A stretch of 64,000 nucleotides of DNA, taken from contig MU004233.1 in assembly GCA_010405405.1 (NCBI GenBank), forward strand, positions 695,122 through 759,121. The letters run 5' to 3'. The notes under the pieces were generated by a model. The model saw only the letters and a list, made by a program, of their open reading frames with translations. It made no database searches and had not been told where the DNA came from. This document shows positions 50,424-63,888 of this stretch, one piece after another. Positions within the stretch are counted from its first letter, which is position 1. Each line of letters opens with the position of its first letter. The translations under genes were made by a program, and so were the position numbers. The DNA comes from Microthyrium microscopicum (lineage: Eukaryota).

Positions 50424-52016
50424 ATGAACAACGATCAATTTCGCCGCCTCATCGCCTCCAACAGCTCCAAAGTAGCATCCGACTCCTCTCCGAAAGATGC
50501 GACTTCTACAACCAAGCATGGATCGCGATCCACGGCGCTCATGACACCGCGCACGGTGAAGAATAGCGCCGGAGCCGATTATGCACAACAGTTCGCAAAC
50601 AGTCACCCGTCACAACGGCCGTCCAAGAACTCAAAGAACTTCAAGTCTATTGCGCCAAAAGGAGTTAAACTTGCCAAAGGCTACCAAGATAGAACCCATT
50701 CGAGGGTTGACGATGAGGATGATGAAGCAGGCAAGCAGATCAAAGAGCTGGAGAAGAGTTTGAAGGAGGGAGAGATCGACCTAGCCACATTCGAGCAGCG
50801 GAGGGATGCGATTACAGGTGGAGATCTTGAGAAAACACATTTAGTCAAAGGCCTAGATTGGAAGCTACTAGCGAGAATCAAAAAGGGCGAAGATCCTACA
50901 GCGGCACCCACTGAAGAAGCTGTCGGAGATATTGATGATGAATTCGAACAATTGGAGCAACATGAAGTTGTTGCGGCGCAAAAAGAGGCAAAGGTGAAAC
51001 AAGGCCAGAAAGCCGATCCAGGACGAAGCGCCGGCACGAAGAGAACGAGAGACGAAATATTGGCGGAACTCAAAGCTTCAAGAAAACGGGCAGCTGAGGC
51101 GGCACAGCCGGCGCAGAGTCAGCTGGGCACAAAGTTCCGAAGAGTCGGAGAGCCCAAGGAATCCACGCGACTTGAAGTGGACAACATGGGTCGGGAAGTT
51201 CTAATTATCACGGATGCCAAGGGCAATGTCAAGCGCAAAGTTCGCAAAACCAAAGAAGAGGATAAACCAGAGTTGGAAATGCCCGATAAAGATGCGGTGG
51301 TGCTTGGCGCCGACGTTTCAATACCCGATTTTCCAGAGCCAGAGAAGGGAGAGGAGAGTGAAGGTGATATTTATGCTGATGTGGGCGATGATTACGATCC
51401 ACTGGCTGGTCTCGCTGGATCCGATTCAGATTCGGAAGACTCTGACAAGGACGAGCCCAAAAAGAAAGAGACAAGTAAAGATCCGACGAGCGATACCGAG
51501 TTGGAGGCAGCAATATCCGAAAAGCGACCACAAGGCGACTCGACTCTACAACCGGAGAGTAAAGAATCGACAGCAATCAAAGAACCACCCGAAAAGCGAC
51601 GCAACTACTTCAACGATGGACCAAGTTCCCTCTCCGTCCTCGACAAGATCACCAACCCTCTACACGACCCAGCCGTATTCGCAGCACTAGCCCAAAAAGC
51701 CAAAGGCTCCGAAGCAGCAGAGAAACCGCTCACAGAAGAAGAGCAGCGACTCAAGAAACGTGCAGAAATGCTTGCCGGCCGAGATCGCGATCTGGACGAT
51801 ATGGATATGGGTTTCGGCGGCAGTCGATTTGACGATGCAGATGAAATGGCAATGGAAGATTCCAATGTCAAACTCGCCGAGTGGCAAGGAGGAGATGGCG
51901 ATGATGACGATGGCGAACAAAAAGGGAAAGGAAAACGGAAACGAGGCGCTAAAAAGCGCAAAGGCGATAAGAATAGTGCGGCTGATGTCCTTAAGGTCAT
52001 TGAGAGTCGGAAGTAG
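50424..52016 (+). CDS. RED-like (IK/RED N-terminal domain) nuclear protein
   Basis: MNNDQFRRL start, GYQDR, GGDLEKTHLVKGLDWKLL signature; charged, NLS-like C-terminus; 530-aa single-exon ORF. Confidence 0.82.
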   Translation: MNNDQFRRLIASNSSKVASDSSPKDATSTTKHGSRSTALMTPRTVKNSAGADYAQQFANSHPSQRPSKNSKNFKSIAPKGVKLAKGYQDRTHSRVDDEDDEAGKQIKELEKSLKEGEIDLATFEQRRDAITGGDLEKTHLVKGLDWKLLARIKKGEDPTAAPTEEAVGDIDDEFEQLEQHEVVAAQKEAKVKQGQKADPGRSAGTKRTRDEILAELKASRKRAAEAAQPAQSQLGTKFRRVGEPKESTRLEVDNMGREVLIITDAKGNVKRKVRKTKEEDKPELEMPDKDAVVLGADVSIPDFPEPEKGEESEGDIYADVGDDYDPLAGLAGSDSDSEDSDKDEPKKKETSKDPTSDTELEAAISEKRPQGDSTLQPESKESTAIKEPPEKRRNYFNDGPSSLSVLDKITNPLHDPAVFAALAQKAKGSEAAEKPLTEEEQRLKKRAEMLAGRDRDLDDMDMGFGGSRFDDADEMAMEDSNVKLAEWQGGDGDDDDGEQKGKGKRKRGAKKRKGDKNSAADVLKVIESRK

Positions 52017-52409
52017 TAATGTCGAATTGACATCGATCATTTCTGTTACAGCAACTAAATAACACAAATCGCATAAGAAGCCTTCTTCAAGCTTGTCTGA
52101 TTACTACTCCCCTTGTCCACTCTAGGAGACTTTAAAGTATAATTCGCAGTTTCAAGTTTTGTTATTCCGATTCAGTATGCCCAACAGTAAGACTGTGATT
52201 TACAGGAGCAAAGGCAGAGTTTACCATATGGCTGAGAAGCAGAATATTTTACATGAGAATCTTTCACTATCGAAATTCACGATATATCAACTTGTATCAT
52301 TTAACAAAAACTCTAAAGTTGTTACATTGTGGGATGAAGGCTATACCCACCAGATAGTATAAAAATGTCTATATTTACAACAAAATTACAAAAAGAAAGA
52401 AAATATATC

Positions 52410-55400
52410 TCAAGTTGTGACATAACACAGTGCGTCGTCTATAAGCATATCCAATCTGGTAATCGGCGTTACGCTACTAAAGCTGCTGGTTATAGCGAAT
52501 TGAGGGTTCTTTGTCGTAAAGGAAAACGTTCCAGAAACCAAATACCATTGATTACTGTCTTGAGCAGCAGTTGTTCCGAAAACGGTACCGCCAATACTCA
52601 TGGCTGCAGTCTCAGTGTTAGGGCTACTCAACGTTGCCTTCTTATAATAGAAAGAACAGGCGACTTTTGTGCCGATTCCGCCCGTGATTGTTTGGCTTGC
52701 AGCGACTGTGGCCGTACCAGTGTAGCCTTTGCTAATGGCTAGGGTAATGTTAAGGGCCTGGCTGCCACTGTGAGATGATGTACTGATTAGTTCTGTGAAC
52801 TTGTCGGGGTTTGTGGAATCAGAGTAGGACCAACTTGTGGTGCCTGACTCGAAACCTCCATTTGTGAGTAGATTGGTCACAGAGGCGGATGGGCTTGCGG
52901 ATGATGAGGTCGAGGAGACTATACTGCTGCTGGAGCTGCTTGATATCTTTGAAGACGAAACGGGTGCGCTGGAAGAAATGGGTGCACTTGATGAGGCTGG
53001 AATCGACGAAGACGAGCTAGCGGTGACTGGTATAGACGATGAAGTTTTACTAGAAGTGGTCGATACACTTGGAGATGCTGGAACCGACGAAGTCAGGCTA
53101 GAAGATACCACTTCAGATGACGATGTTTTGGTAGACGATACAGGTACGCTGGAGGTGACGAGAGTCGATGAGCTAGAAGGAGCAGTTGTGGACGATGATG
53201 CTTTGCTAGAGGACACTGGTGCGCTGGACGAAGCTGGAATCGAAGAACTCGCGCTCGACGAAATTGGTACAGATGAAGATGCTTTGCTAGACGATACCGA
53301 GCTAGATGAGACTGGGCTCGACAACGCCGTGCTGGAAGATATCGGAACAGACGATGATGCCTTGCTGGATGATACAGATCCACTAGAAGATATTGGCACA
53401 GACGACGCCGCTTGACTGGATGACACTGGTCCGCTAGATATGGCTTCTGACGAGGAGACAAATATCGTGCTGAAGGTCGAAGGCGCCATACTGCTGGAAA
53501 TTGCTACGCCGCTTGAGGAGGCTGAACTGCTTGAGATAGCTGAGTTGCTGGGGCCCACGGAACTGCTCGGGGCAACAGAACCACTTTGAACAATAGAACT
53601 GCTTTGGACACTAGAGCTGCTTTGGACAATAGAAGTAGAAACAACGGAATTGCTTGATGTAGTAACAGTAGACGAGGACTGGATGGAAAATTCGCTAGAT
53701 GATGCGGTGGAGCTCGATATCGTGTCGCTGGCCTCGATTATAGCACTGGAGCTTGCGGGCATTTCACTGCTCAGCACTGAAGATGTGGCGAGAGACATAG
53801 GTGAACTGCTGGCATCCATGATAGAAGAGACAAAAGATGTAGGCGATGCAGATATAATCGAGGATGGCTCGACACTGCTAGATAACGACACGGATGCTGA
53901 GCTTGACGATTCGCCCACTCCGGAAGAAGTCGGGAGCATAGTTGAGGTTGGTATATCGCTGCTGACAGAAGAAGCTTCAATAGTTGAGCTTGACGGAAGC
54001 TCAGTTGTGCTTGACGGCAGGGCAGAAGATGTTGTACTAGGAACCTCACTGCTGGAAGAAGGCTCAGTGGGAGACGAAATTGGCACGCTCAGACTTGAGC
54101 TCGCCAAATCGCTGCTCGTTGAAATGATCATGGACAATGAGCTTGGGGACGCGGTAGAGGATGCAATATTAGAAGAACTAGGTACCTCCGCCGATGAGGT
54201 AGGTACTACGCTAGAGCTCGTAAATTGGCTGCTGGTAAGACTCTCAGATACGGATAATGAGGCTAATGAGGATGTAGCTGAATCGGTGGAAACCATGGAT
54301 ACTGGAACTGAGGAGGTGCTTGAGACAGGTGTTGCAATAGCGCTGGAAAGATCATTGAAAGAATTGATATCGAAGCTTGTTGGTACAGCAGATGAGCTGC
54401 TTTCAGTTGGGGACACGATGATTGATTGCACAGAGCTGGAGCTGATAGCAGAGTCCGTAGAACTGCTCGGGAAAGGAGAGGATGTCATGGTTGCCGACGT
54501 GGTTATACCATCGGAGCTGCTTTCAGTAACATAGGACGAAGAAACCAAAGAGCTCGAGGATGTTCCCTCACTGGACATTGTAGAAGAATTGGGAACGAAC
54601 TCTGACGAGACACCGGAACTAGAAACGCTGCTGTCCACCAGGGATGGTATAACGGAGGAGCTCTCAGTAGAAGATACCGATGAACTGACTTCTGATGACA
54701 TCGTAAAACTGGTTGAAGAAATGTCTGTCGAGCTCACTGGAGAGCTTGTTGACATTGCTGACGAGATTACTTCCGATGCACTGGATATTGGTGAAGTTGG
54801 AATAGTGCTCGAGATTTCAGAAGAGCTCACTTCAGAGCTTGTGGGCAGCATAGCGGTCGAACTGGCTTGCAATGAACTGAAATCAGATGAAGTTGCGATG
54901 GCGCCCGAAGGAATACCAGAAGAGCTTATCTGAGTGCTCGTTGGCAGATTTGAAGAGGTGATTTCCAATGCACTACTTACTTCTGAAGACGTTGAAACAG
55001 CGCTGACAATCTCGGACGAGCTGATCTGGGCGGAAGGTGTAGCAGTTGGCATATCGGACGAGCTGACGTCGAATGAAGATGTAACAGCACCTGTCTCCGA
55101 TGGGCTTACAGTGAGACTGGCTGATGAGCTAATTCCAATGCTAGAACTCGAGAAATCACTGGACGCCATCTCGGAAGAGAGAGAAACAAAAGAAGTCCCC
55201 ATGCTCAATGTGGTGGAGCTTGTGATTGTCGAGCCAATGTCGCTCGACGTCGCGCTAGATGACAAGTCGCTGGAGCTCAAGGCTGACGATGACGAATCTG
55301 AGAAGACCGAGGAAGTCGTGGCTGTGGCCATCATTCCAGAACTGGACGGAGAGATGTCAACTTCAGAGCTTGAAGGCATGCTGCTCATGCTATTGAATGA

Positions 55401-58400
55401 CGATAAAGCACTGGACTCCGCATCAACAGTTGCCAAGCTCATGCTTGAGGCAATATTCGAGGATGACACGGACGGACTAGATGATGTTTCGAAAGATGTG
55501 ACTGTGGATGATACCTCGGATGACAGTATGCTGGACGTAATGTCTAGCGAAGAAGTAGTAAAGAAGTTATCGGAGGATGAGCTGCTTGCTATGGACGACG
55601 CATCAGAAGAAATGGAAGTTTGCTCTAATGTGGCGCTGCTCGTGATAGACGGCGTGTCTGACGAGATTGTAGAAGATGAATCTAAAGCAACACTACTGGA
55701 AATAGGAGAAGTCCCAGATTCGGATGTCATGGAGGAGGCCTCAGATGACGTTGCAGCGGTGGTTGATAACGCAGTCGAAGACGAGACAGTGGACGATACT
55801 TCTAAGGAGGATTCGCTGGAAGAGAGATCCAAAGATGAAGCAGCGCTTGAGACTTCCGAGATGACAGATGATAATACCGTAGAAGACACGTCAGAGGAAG
55901 TGGCACCAGAAGACGATTCAGAAGACGATGGCATAGAAGGGTACTCTGAAGAAGAAGAACCAGTGCTTGAGGTCGAGAAAACTTCAGATGGCGACACCGA
56001 GGAAGACGCATCTGAAGATGACAATGTGGTAGATGTCATACTGGAGGAAGAGATCATAGAAGATTCATCTGAAGATATGACAGTGCTTGTGATAGACACG
56101 ACGTCTGACGAGATCGTAGCAGATGAAAACTCCGAAGAAGATACGATCATCGGACTGAACAAACTTTCGCTAGTAGGGCTGCTGATTTCGAAGGAAGTTG
56201 TACTGCTAGTATCCGAAGAGAGTGTCGCACTACTTGTAATAGAGTAGCCCTCTAAACTGCTAGAGACATCTGAGCTGATTTCGGAGCTTGTTGCAAAAAC
56301 AGATGAGCTGATCCCGGAAGATGTTGAGACTTCGCTTATGGACATCTCAATCGAACTCGATTCGAAAGAGGTAGCAACGGCGCTGGTGGACACCTCACTC
56401 GAACTGACTGATGATGGAGTAGCAACAGTGCTGGAGGATATCTCAGAAGAGCTAAATTCGACGCTGCTTGAGCTGGTATCCAGGGAAGAAGAGAGGCTAG
56501 AGGACTCCGTCGTGATCGTTGCGGTATTGCTAGATGTTAAGCTTGGTACATTGCTTGAAGATGGCTCCTCGGAGGAAGTTGGACTTGAGAACATCTCGCT
56601 GGACGTGCTAGAGCTAATCAAAATCAATGACGAAGCAGTCTCAATTATAATACTTGCGGAGCTTGTAATGCTCGAAATATCAATTGACATTGTGCTGGAT
56701 TCAGACATGGAGTTGGACATGTCTGAAGAGGAGAACGATCCTACTGAAGAAATATCTGAAGAAGATGTTGTAGATACTTCGGATGAGGAGGGGAAGCTTG
56801 TGATAGTAGCATCGTTGGAGACAGTACTGCTGAAATCCAGCGATGGGGATGAACTAATTGTCGCAGTGGCAATGCTCGAAATATCACTGGACGCAGTACT
56901 TGACTCGGATAGACTTGTTGAACTGGAGCCATCCGAGGAAGTTGAGATGGCACTAGATGAAACCTCGTTTGAGCTAGTGTTGGTGGAAGTAGGAGCAGCG
57001 CTTGAGGATATGTCAGATGAAATGATCTCGGAGCTTGTTGAAACACTTTCAGAGCTGCTGTCAGAGGACGTTGGAACAGCACTTGATGATAACTCAAAGG
57101 AGCTTGTTTCAGAGCTTGACATACCAGATGAACTAATCTCGCTGGACAAAATTTCGGACGAGCTCAGGCTTGAACTGCTTGAACTGCTTGTAATGCTTGC
57201 AGTATCACTGCTCAAGATTAAACTTGAGCTGGATGTGGTCTCCGATGCCACTGAGCTGGATGCGGGTTGACTCTCGGTTGCAGAACTTGTCATAGATGCC
57301 GATATGATTGTGGAAATAGAAGTCATACTTGAGCCTTCCTGCACAGATGAGAAAGAGCTCAAAGAATCCGACGCATCACTCGAGGAACTCGAGGAACTCG
57401 AGGACAAAGCCGAGTCACTGCTAGCAGAGACGCTGGAGGATGGCTCTACCGACAAAGATGATAAGGAAGCAGAAGAGGATGCACTCGATGACGGGTTTTC
57501 AATCAAGGAAGAAGAACCTGACGATGTTTCCAAGGAAGCCGTTGATGTAATGGATGCCGTGCTACTGCTTTCGGCGGAGGACTCAGATGAGCTGAAAATA
57601 GTGGATGTCACCAAGGCAGAGCTCGAAGGGATAGTCGAAGACACCGTCTCAAAAGCTTGTGAGCTGGTCATGGATGAAGAACCAATTTCGGAGCTGGAAG
57701 CCGTAAAAGAGCTGGAATCAGGAATAGATAGTACAACAGACGATGAAGAACCGGCGCCAGAAGAGCTCGATATCTCGGAAGATGCAGCCGACTCAGTAGA
57801 CTCCGTTGATGATATCCCGGACGAATAAACATCGCTCGATGCAGATGAGGTGATATCAGAGCTTGTGGTTGGAATAGCAGATGAAATAGTATCAGAGCTT
57901 GTGGTTGGAACAGCAGATGAACTACTATCAGAACTTGTTGTAATAGATGAGCTGATAGTCGAGCCTGTAGGAACAACAGATGAACTACTATCAGAACTTG
58001 TAGGAACAACAGTTGAACTACTATCAGAACTTGTAGAAACATCGGATGAACTGGCCAATGAGGATGCAGAGGTGGTGCTGGATATCAATTCGACTGAGCT
58101 AGACACAGAACTCGTTCCCAGGTCCGAGCTTGATGGCACAGTAGAGCTTGCGTCAACCGTTGATGATACTGTGGATGAACTCACATAATTTGATGGGACG
58201 ATGGAGGAGGTTACATCCGAGCTTGTTTGCATAGCGGATGAACTGGTTTCCAACGGCATTGAACTTGTAGGAGAAGGGCTGGCATCAGAGCTTGACGGGA
58301 ATACAGACGAGCTTATGTCAAGGCTTGATGAAACGGTAGATGAACTGCTGTCAGAGCTGGAAGCAGCAATTGAAGAGCTGGCAGCAGAGCTTGACGGGAA

Positions 58401-61400
58401 TACCGACGAGCTTGTGTCAAGACTTGATGAAACGGTAGACGAACTGCTCTCAGAGCTGGAAGCAGTGATTGAAGAGCTGGCATCAGAGCTTGACGGGAAT
58501 ACAGACGAAGTGCTATCAGAGCTGGAAGCAGTGATTGAAGAGCTGCTGTCCTGTGAGCTGGTATCCGAAGATGGAATAGCGGCTGAGCTCGTAGTGGAAG
58601 TGTTGCTCTCCTGCGAGCTGGTAGGAGAGGATAGCATATCTGCTGAGCTTGTAGTGAAAGAACTGCTCTCCTGTGAGCTTATTACAGAAGATGTAATAGC
58701 TGCCGAGCTAATAACGGAAGAGCTGAAATCTGAACTTGAAGGAATTTCTGAGCTCGTAGCAGAAGAAATGGCATCAGCACTGCTTGTAGTAATAGAGCTG
58801 CTTGCTGAAGAACTGCTATCGGAACTGCTTTGAAGATTCAAGCTGCTGGTAGAACTTGACGGGGATGGCGTGATTACCGTCGAGGAGCTTATATCGGAAC
58901 TGCTTGAAATTGTAGAGGAGCTGAAATCGATACTGCTCGGAATGGCTGAAGAGCTTATGTCCGAACTGGACACCGAAGAACTGAAATCAGAGCTTGACGG
59001 AGACGACGAGGAAGTTGTTTCCGCAATTTGAGAACTAGTCAGAGTGGAGCTGATATCGGAGCTACTGAGGACTGAAGATGACGATGTGTCAGAACTAATA
59101 GCTGACGATGAGACTTCAGAACTAGTCGCGGAGCTCGAAAGAGCGGAACTAGTAGCTGACAACAAGATTTCGGAGCTAGTGACTGTCGTTGATGCATCCG
59201 AACTGGTAAAGAAGCTTGACACGGCGGAACTAGTAGCTGATGACGATACATCTACAGTGATAGGTGCCGATGAGAAATCTGAGCTGAGTGTGGAACTTGG
59301 AATAGCGAAAGTGGTAGCAGATGACGATACTCCGGAGCTGAGAACAGCCGAAGTAGTAGCAGATGATGAGACATCAGAGTTGGTTGCAGAGCTTGAGCTG
59401 GCGTAACTGATAGCTGACGACGAGAGCTCAGAGCTTGTGGCTGATGATGAGACATCTAAACTGGCTGTGGAGCTTGAAACAGCAGAACTTGTGGCAGATG
59501 ACGATACTTCAGAGCTGCTATCAGAAGTAGAGACAGCTGAACTAGAGGCAGCAATCGAGGACGATATCTCAGAGCTAATGGTGGAGCTTGAAACAGCAGA
59601 ACTAGTAGCAGATGACGATGCTTCAGAACTACTCACAGCACTCGATATAGCTGAGCTCGAAGTAACAATTGACGAGATCGCAGAGCTGCTATCAGAAGTA
59701 GAGACAGCTGAACTAGAGGCAGCAACCGAGGACAATATTTCAGAGCTAATGGCCGAGCTTGAAACAGCAGAACTAGTAGCAGATGACGATACTTCAGAGA
59801 TACTTGCGGTATCTGATGAAGCTGAACTTGGAGTGGCAATTGACGAGATCGCAGAGCTGCTAGTGGTGCTCAGTACCACAGAGCTACTGACCGATGATGA
59901 CTCGGCGGAGCTTGAGGTGGCGACCGAAGACGATATTGCCGAGCTAGAACTGGCACTTGATGATGCATCTGCTGAGCTACTGGCAGAACTTGATGCAAGG
60001 GAACTACTGGCTGATGAATCGGTAGCGCCTGAAGCAGTAATTGAAGACGAGGGCTGGGAGCTGCTTACAGAGCTCGATACAATGAAACTGCTGATGAAAG
60101 ATGAGATAGTGGAGCTACTGACCGAACTAGTTATGACAGAGCTTGAAGTAGCAATTGACGATGGAATTGCAGAGCTCGATATGGCAGAGCTCGATATGGC
60201 AGAGCTCGATATGGCAGAGCTCGATATGGCAGAGCTCGATATGGCAGAGCTCGATATGGCAGAGCTCGATATAGCGGAGCTACTGGCAGATGACGAGGTT
60301 GCAGAGGTGCTCAACGAGCTCGAGATGGCTGGACTGCTAGCTAACGAGGAAACTCCAGAACTACTGGAAGAGCTTGAGACGGTAGAACTGCCGACTGCTG
60401 ATGATAGCGTCGGGCTACTTGAGATAGCAGAGCTGCTTAGAATCGTGGAGCTGCTCAGACTCGAGCTACTCAAGGCCTTGGAGCTGCTAGAACTGAAGGA
60501 CACCGCCGAGGAGCTAGATGGTATTGTTGAGCTTGTAGCAGAAGAACTTTGAGGCTGCGATGAAGTGCCAGGAGAGCTAACACTGGATGACACCACGGTA
60601 GACGTCGCGCTTGAGGACACTTGCGTCGATAAAGTGGAAGAAGAAGTTGACGGTCCGACGGTTGATACGACAGAGCTAGATGACTGAACACTACTGGTTC
60701 GGCTACTGGATGACGAAGAAGTAGACACAAGTGAGGTCTGGCTCGATGATCGTGTCGACGAGGATACAAGTGAAGACGAGGACGATGACGGTCGCAGTGA
60801 TGAAGACGAAGCCACCGAAGACGATGAAGCTCGAGACGAAGTGACCACCGAAGAGGACGATGAGATTCGAGAAGAGGACGATGAGAGTCGAGAAGAGGAC
60901 GATGAGATTCGAGAAGAGGACGATGATATTCGAGAAGAGGACGATGATATTCGAGAAGAAGAGACCCCTGAAGAGGACGACGATGAGGCACCGGAAGATG
61001 TTGAAGCTGGTCGGGAGGACGTTAAAGTCGGTCGCGAAGAAGACGACGACGCTGACGATATACGAGATGATGTCGAAGTCGGTCGCGAAGAAGACGACGA
61101 TATACGAGATGATGTCGAAGACGGTCGCGAAGAAGAAGATGACGATATATGAGAGGATGTCGAAGTCAGTCGCGAAGAAGAAGAGGACGATATGTGAGAG
61201 GATGTCGAAGCTGGCCGCGAAGATGAGGAAGAAGAGGAAGCAACAGTCGACTTGGTTGACGTAGATCTAGTGCTGCTAGAAGACAATTTCGCCGTCGAGA
61301 GTGTTGAAGACCGTATACTTGAAGATGTAGCTCTCGCAGAACTACTCGAGCTTACACCGCTGAATCTGTCAGTATAAACTCATCAAACGGGTTATGTTAT

Positions 61401-62021
61401 CCAACAGCGACTGCGCTGGTGTTTCACCAAAGTAATACTCTGACGACATATGAATAGGATCACATTACAGCAAATATCATCCTACGCCACAGGCACTCCT
61501 GGTGCTAGAAGGGTAAATCTTACCATGAACCATAGCCACTCTGGCATCCCGTTCCGCAAAAGGCACTGGAACTCCCACTTAAAGATCGTCAGCATCAAAT
61601 CCAGAAGAACCTCAATCCCAAACTCACCAATATCCCCACTGCGAACAGCAATTCCCAAAAACACTATTCTGACAAGTCGTCCCAAACTGCGCTCCACAGG
61701 ATCCCGTTGTAGAAACTTTACTCGGAGCTGGAGCCGGCTGGCCTGTCGATGTAGCCTGAATACCGCATGATCCGTACGCAGACAAACAACCTGTACCGCA
61801 GAAATCCGAAGTTCGACCACTTTACGAAGAGTCAGTGACTGCCATTCCATCGCGTAGATATAACTGTACCAATAACCCCATTGTGAACAACAATCGCCAT
61901 AACGTGAACCTAAACACGTATTTCCATTACGAAAACCACATGCGCCATTAGTAGAAACTTTTGCATCAACAAATGCTGTAAAAATGAGAAGGACAGTGGA
62001 AGCGAAAAGAGTGAGCTTCAT
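52410..62021 (-). CDS. Giant (~3,100 aa) secreted mucin-like protein: signal peptide, two hevein/CBM18 chitin-binding modules, ~2,800-aa Ser/Thr region, C-terminal CBM4/9-like beta-sandwich
   Basis: MKLTLFASTVLLIFTAFVDA; spliced CG..NGNTC....GDCCSQWGYC|GRTSDFCGTGC and CGAQFGTTC....GNCCSQWGYC|GSSSAFCGTGCQSGYGSC; last intron (ctgacagattcag acceptor ~61361) joins the 2958-aa ORF in frame; C-terminal domain starts NLLTNGGFESG and ends IDDALC. Confidence 0.88.
60169..60273 (-). repeat. Coding minisatellite, 15 bp x7 (SSAIS)
   Basis: Near-perfect gcagagctcgatatg units within the mucin-like gene. Confidence 0.95.
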
Positions 62022-63485
62022 GGTTGAAAAGAACGACTATCGCAGCGCAACCCTCCGCTGCTGTTGATTAAAAACGACGCACGATACACCGAGAACGAGA
62101 GACTGGAGAAGAAGAGAATGAAGGTGAGTATGGTTGATTCTGGAAGAAGGTGTATTAAACTCATCGACTAGTCTCGCTAAAGGCGTAAGCTACCCTACCG
62201 TAAGAAGCGAGACTCCATTTCGCCGCACAGGTACATCACAACGCTGATATGGTAAAGTGGACTTCGATAAAGCCAAGGGGTGAAGTCCACCATTTGCCTA
62301 TCCATCTCTTGACGCGTCTCCATTGAGCTGGGACTCGGAGTGGCCATCCAGTCTATCCTGAGTTAGCAAGCGAGACCCGCAAGGCGATTAGCGTCCACTC
62401 AGATTTTTGACGACAGGACGACGTTTGAAAGGAGTCCAAGACCACGAAAAGGCGTTGGAGTTGGAAGCGGAGGCATCAAAATGCAGCTGTGCAGGAGCGC
62501 CACGTGCCGAATCGGGGAAAAACAGCTACACTATGTAAAATGGCTTTATACCAGGTACGGATTAATGATGATTGGTCAAATACTGGTAAGGCTAGCTTCT
62601 AGTCTTAAGATCTTGATTGTGGGCCATTTGTGGCACGATTAAATGGAAATATCGTGGGCCAGAACAACGCCACTTTTCATAGACCATTCCAGATCTCGGT
62701 GTTCAATGTTGAAAGATAGGTATTTCTCAATTGTAAGTCCACGAGTCTTCGTGTTTAGTTCACAAAACAGTATGAAATGAAGAACTTTTGGGAGGTTTTG
62801 GTGAAGGATTTGATTTCCTTCAGAACATCGGATCGCTTTGATTAGGTGTCTAAGTTGGATTTTTTCATTGCCTCATATGAGGCTTTCGCCGTACACACAT
62901 ATGGAGGAGCTCGGGAATCGCATCATACAGTTCCCGGCCAGTCTGCCATCCCAAAACTTTACGTTTTCAAGATCCTGTACGCCTTGCAACCCCCGGTTCT
63001 CTGATATTCATGTTATATGTAAATTTGGGCATCCAGCAGGCCTCATCTTCGTCTCTTCCTCCTGCTATTTGACAACTCTCTCTATCCAGCCAAGCCAGCA
63101 AGAGGTAGAAATGAAGTGATCCTGACTACTACACTGAAGGTGAATCGGGAAATCACGCATAGGGTATAGGGTTCACATCAGGCAATATGCTGCAACCGCT
63201 GGGAGCAGAATAGAAGACATGGGTATAATGATGTTGTATATCAAGATAGGGTACTGATATTACCCAACACCTCGGGGTCGTGGTTTTGTGTCCGATGTAT
63301 TACAAGACATATGTTGTAACGCATGAGAGTAGGAGTAGTTGTTTTTAACAATGAAATACGTCTTAGCATTAATGTATTGATTCTCGAATAGCGCAATCAT
63401 TAGCCTCATTCAGGCGCACTAAAAACCCCAATTTTCCAGCATCCTGATCACTCAATACCATTGCATTCCTTGTTCCGTTATTCCC

Positions 63486-63888
63486 TCAGTGCTTCTTTGG
63501 TGGTGGGCCAGCAGGTGCCTCATATCCATTGTATGTATGGTCCGGACGATTCAACTCAATGCCACTCTGCTGATCACCACGATATGATGGTGGCTCATAC
63601 GGAGGCGCTGGCTGCTGGTACGCGTAGTAAGTATTTGGTGGGTTCTCCGTCTGGGGCTGGTGTTGCCCTCCGTGATGATTGCCGGCCCATGGTCCTTGAT
63701 TGGCCCATCCGGTGCCGTAGAAAGGCTGGCGACCGACGCGACGGCGTCGACGGGCGGAAAGACAGGAGCAGAGGCAGAAGAGGAATAGGAAGGCGAGAAT
63801 GATGACGACTAATGCGACCCAGCGGCCCCAGTTGTACCAGGCGGAATCGTAGGTACATGTGTTACATCTTCCAAAAGCATTGCAGCAT
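63486..63888 (-). CDS. RCR-family membrane protein (Rcr1-like; Congo red resistance/chitin regulation), 3' exon only
   Basis: After a ctaac..ctctag acceptor the frame reads CCNAFGRCNTCTYDSAWYNWGRWVALVVIILAFLFLFCLCSCLSARRRRRVGRQPFYGTGW...APPYEPPSY...YEAPAGPPPKKH*; TM, poly-Arg, P.YGTGW and PY motifs are typical of the family. Start exon not located. Confidence 0.82.

Noticed and set aside
52837..61264. Long Glu/Leu/Asp-rich plus-strand ORFs
   Set aside because: Antisense shadows of Ser codons in the mucin-like gene; no independent gene signals.
63461..63858. ORF-track ORFs 63461..63802 (+) and 63595..63858 (-)
   Set aside because: Wrong frame or strand; the real coding frame is the RCR-family exon ending at 63486.
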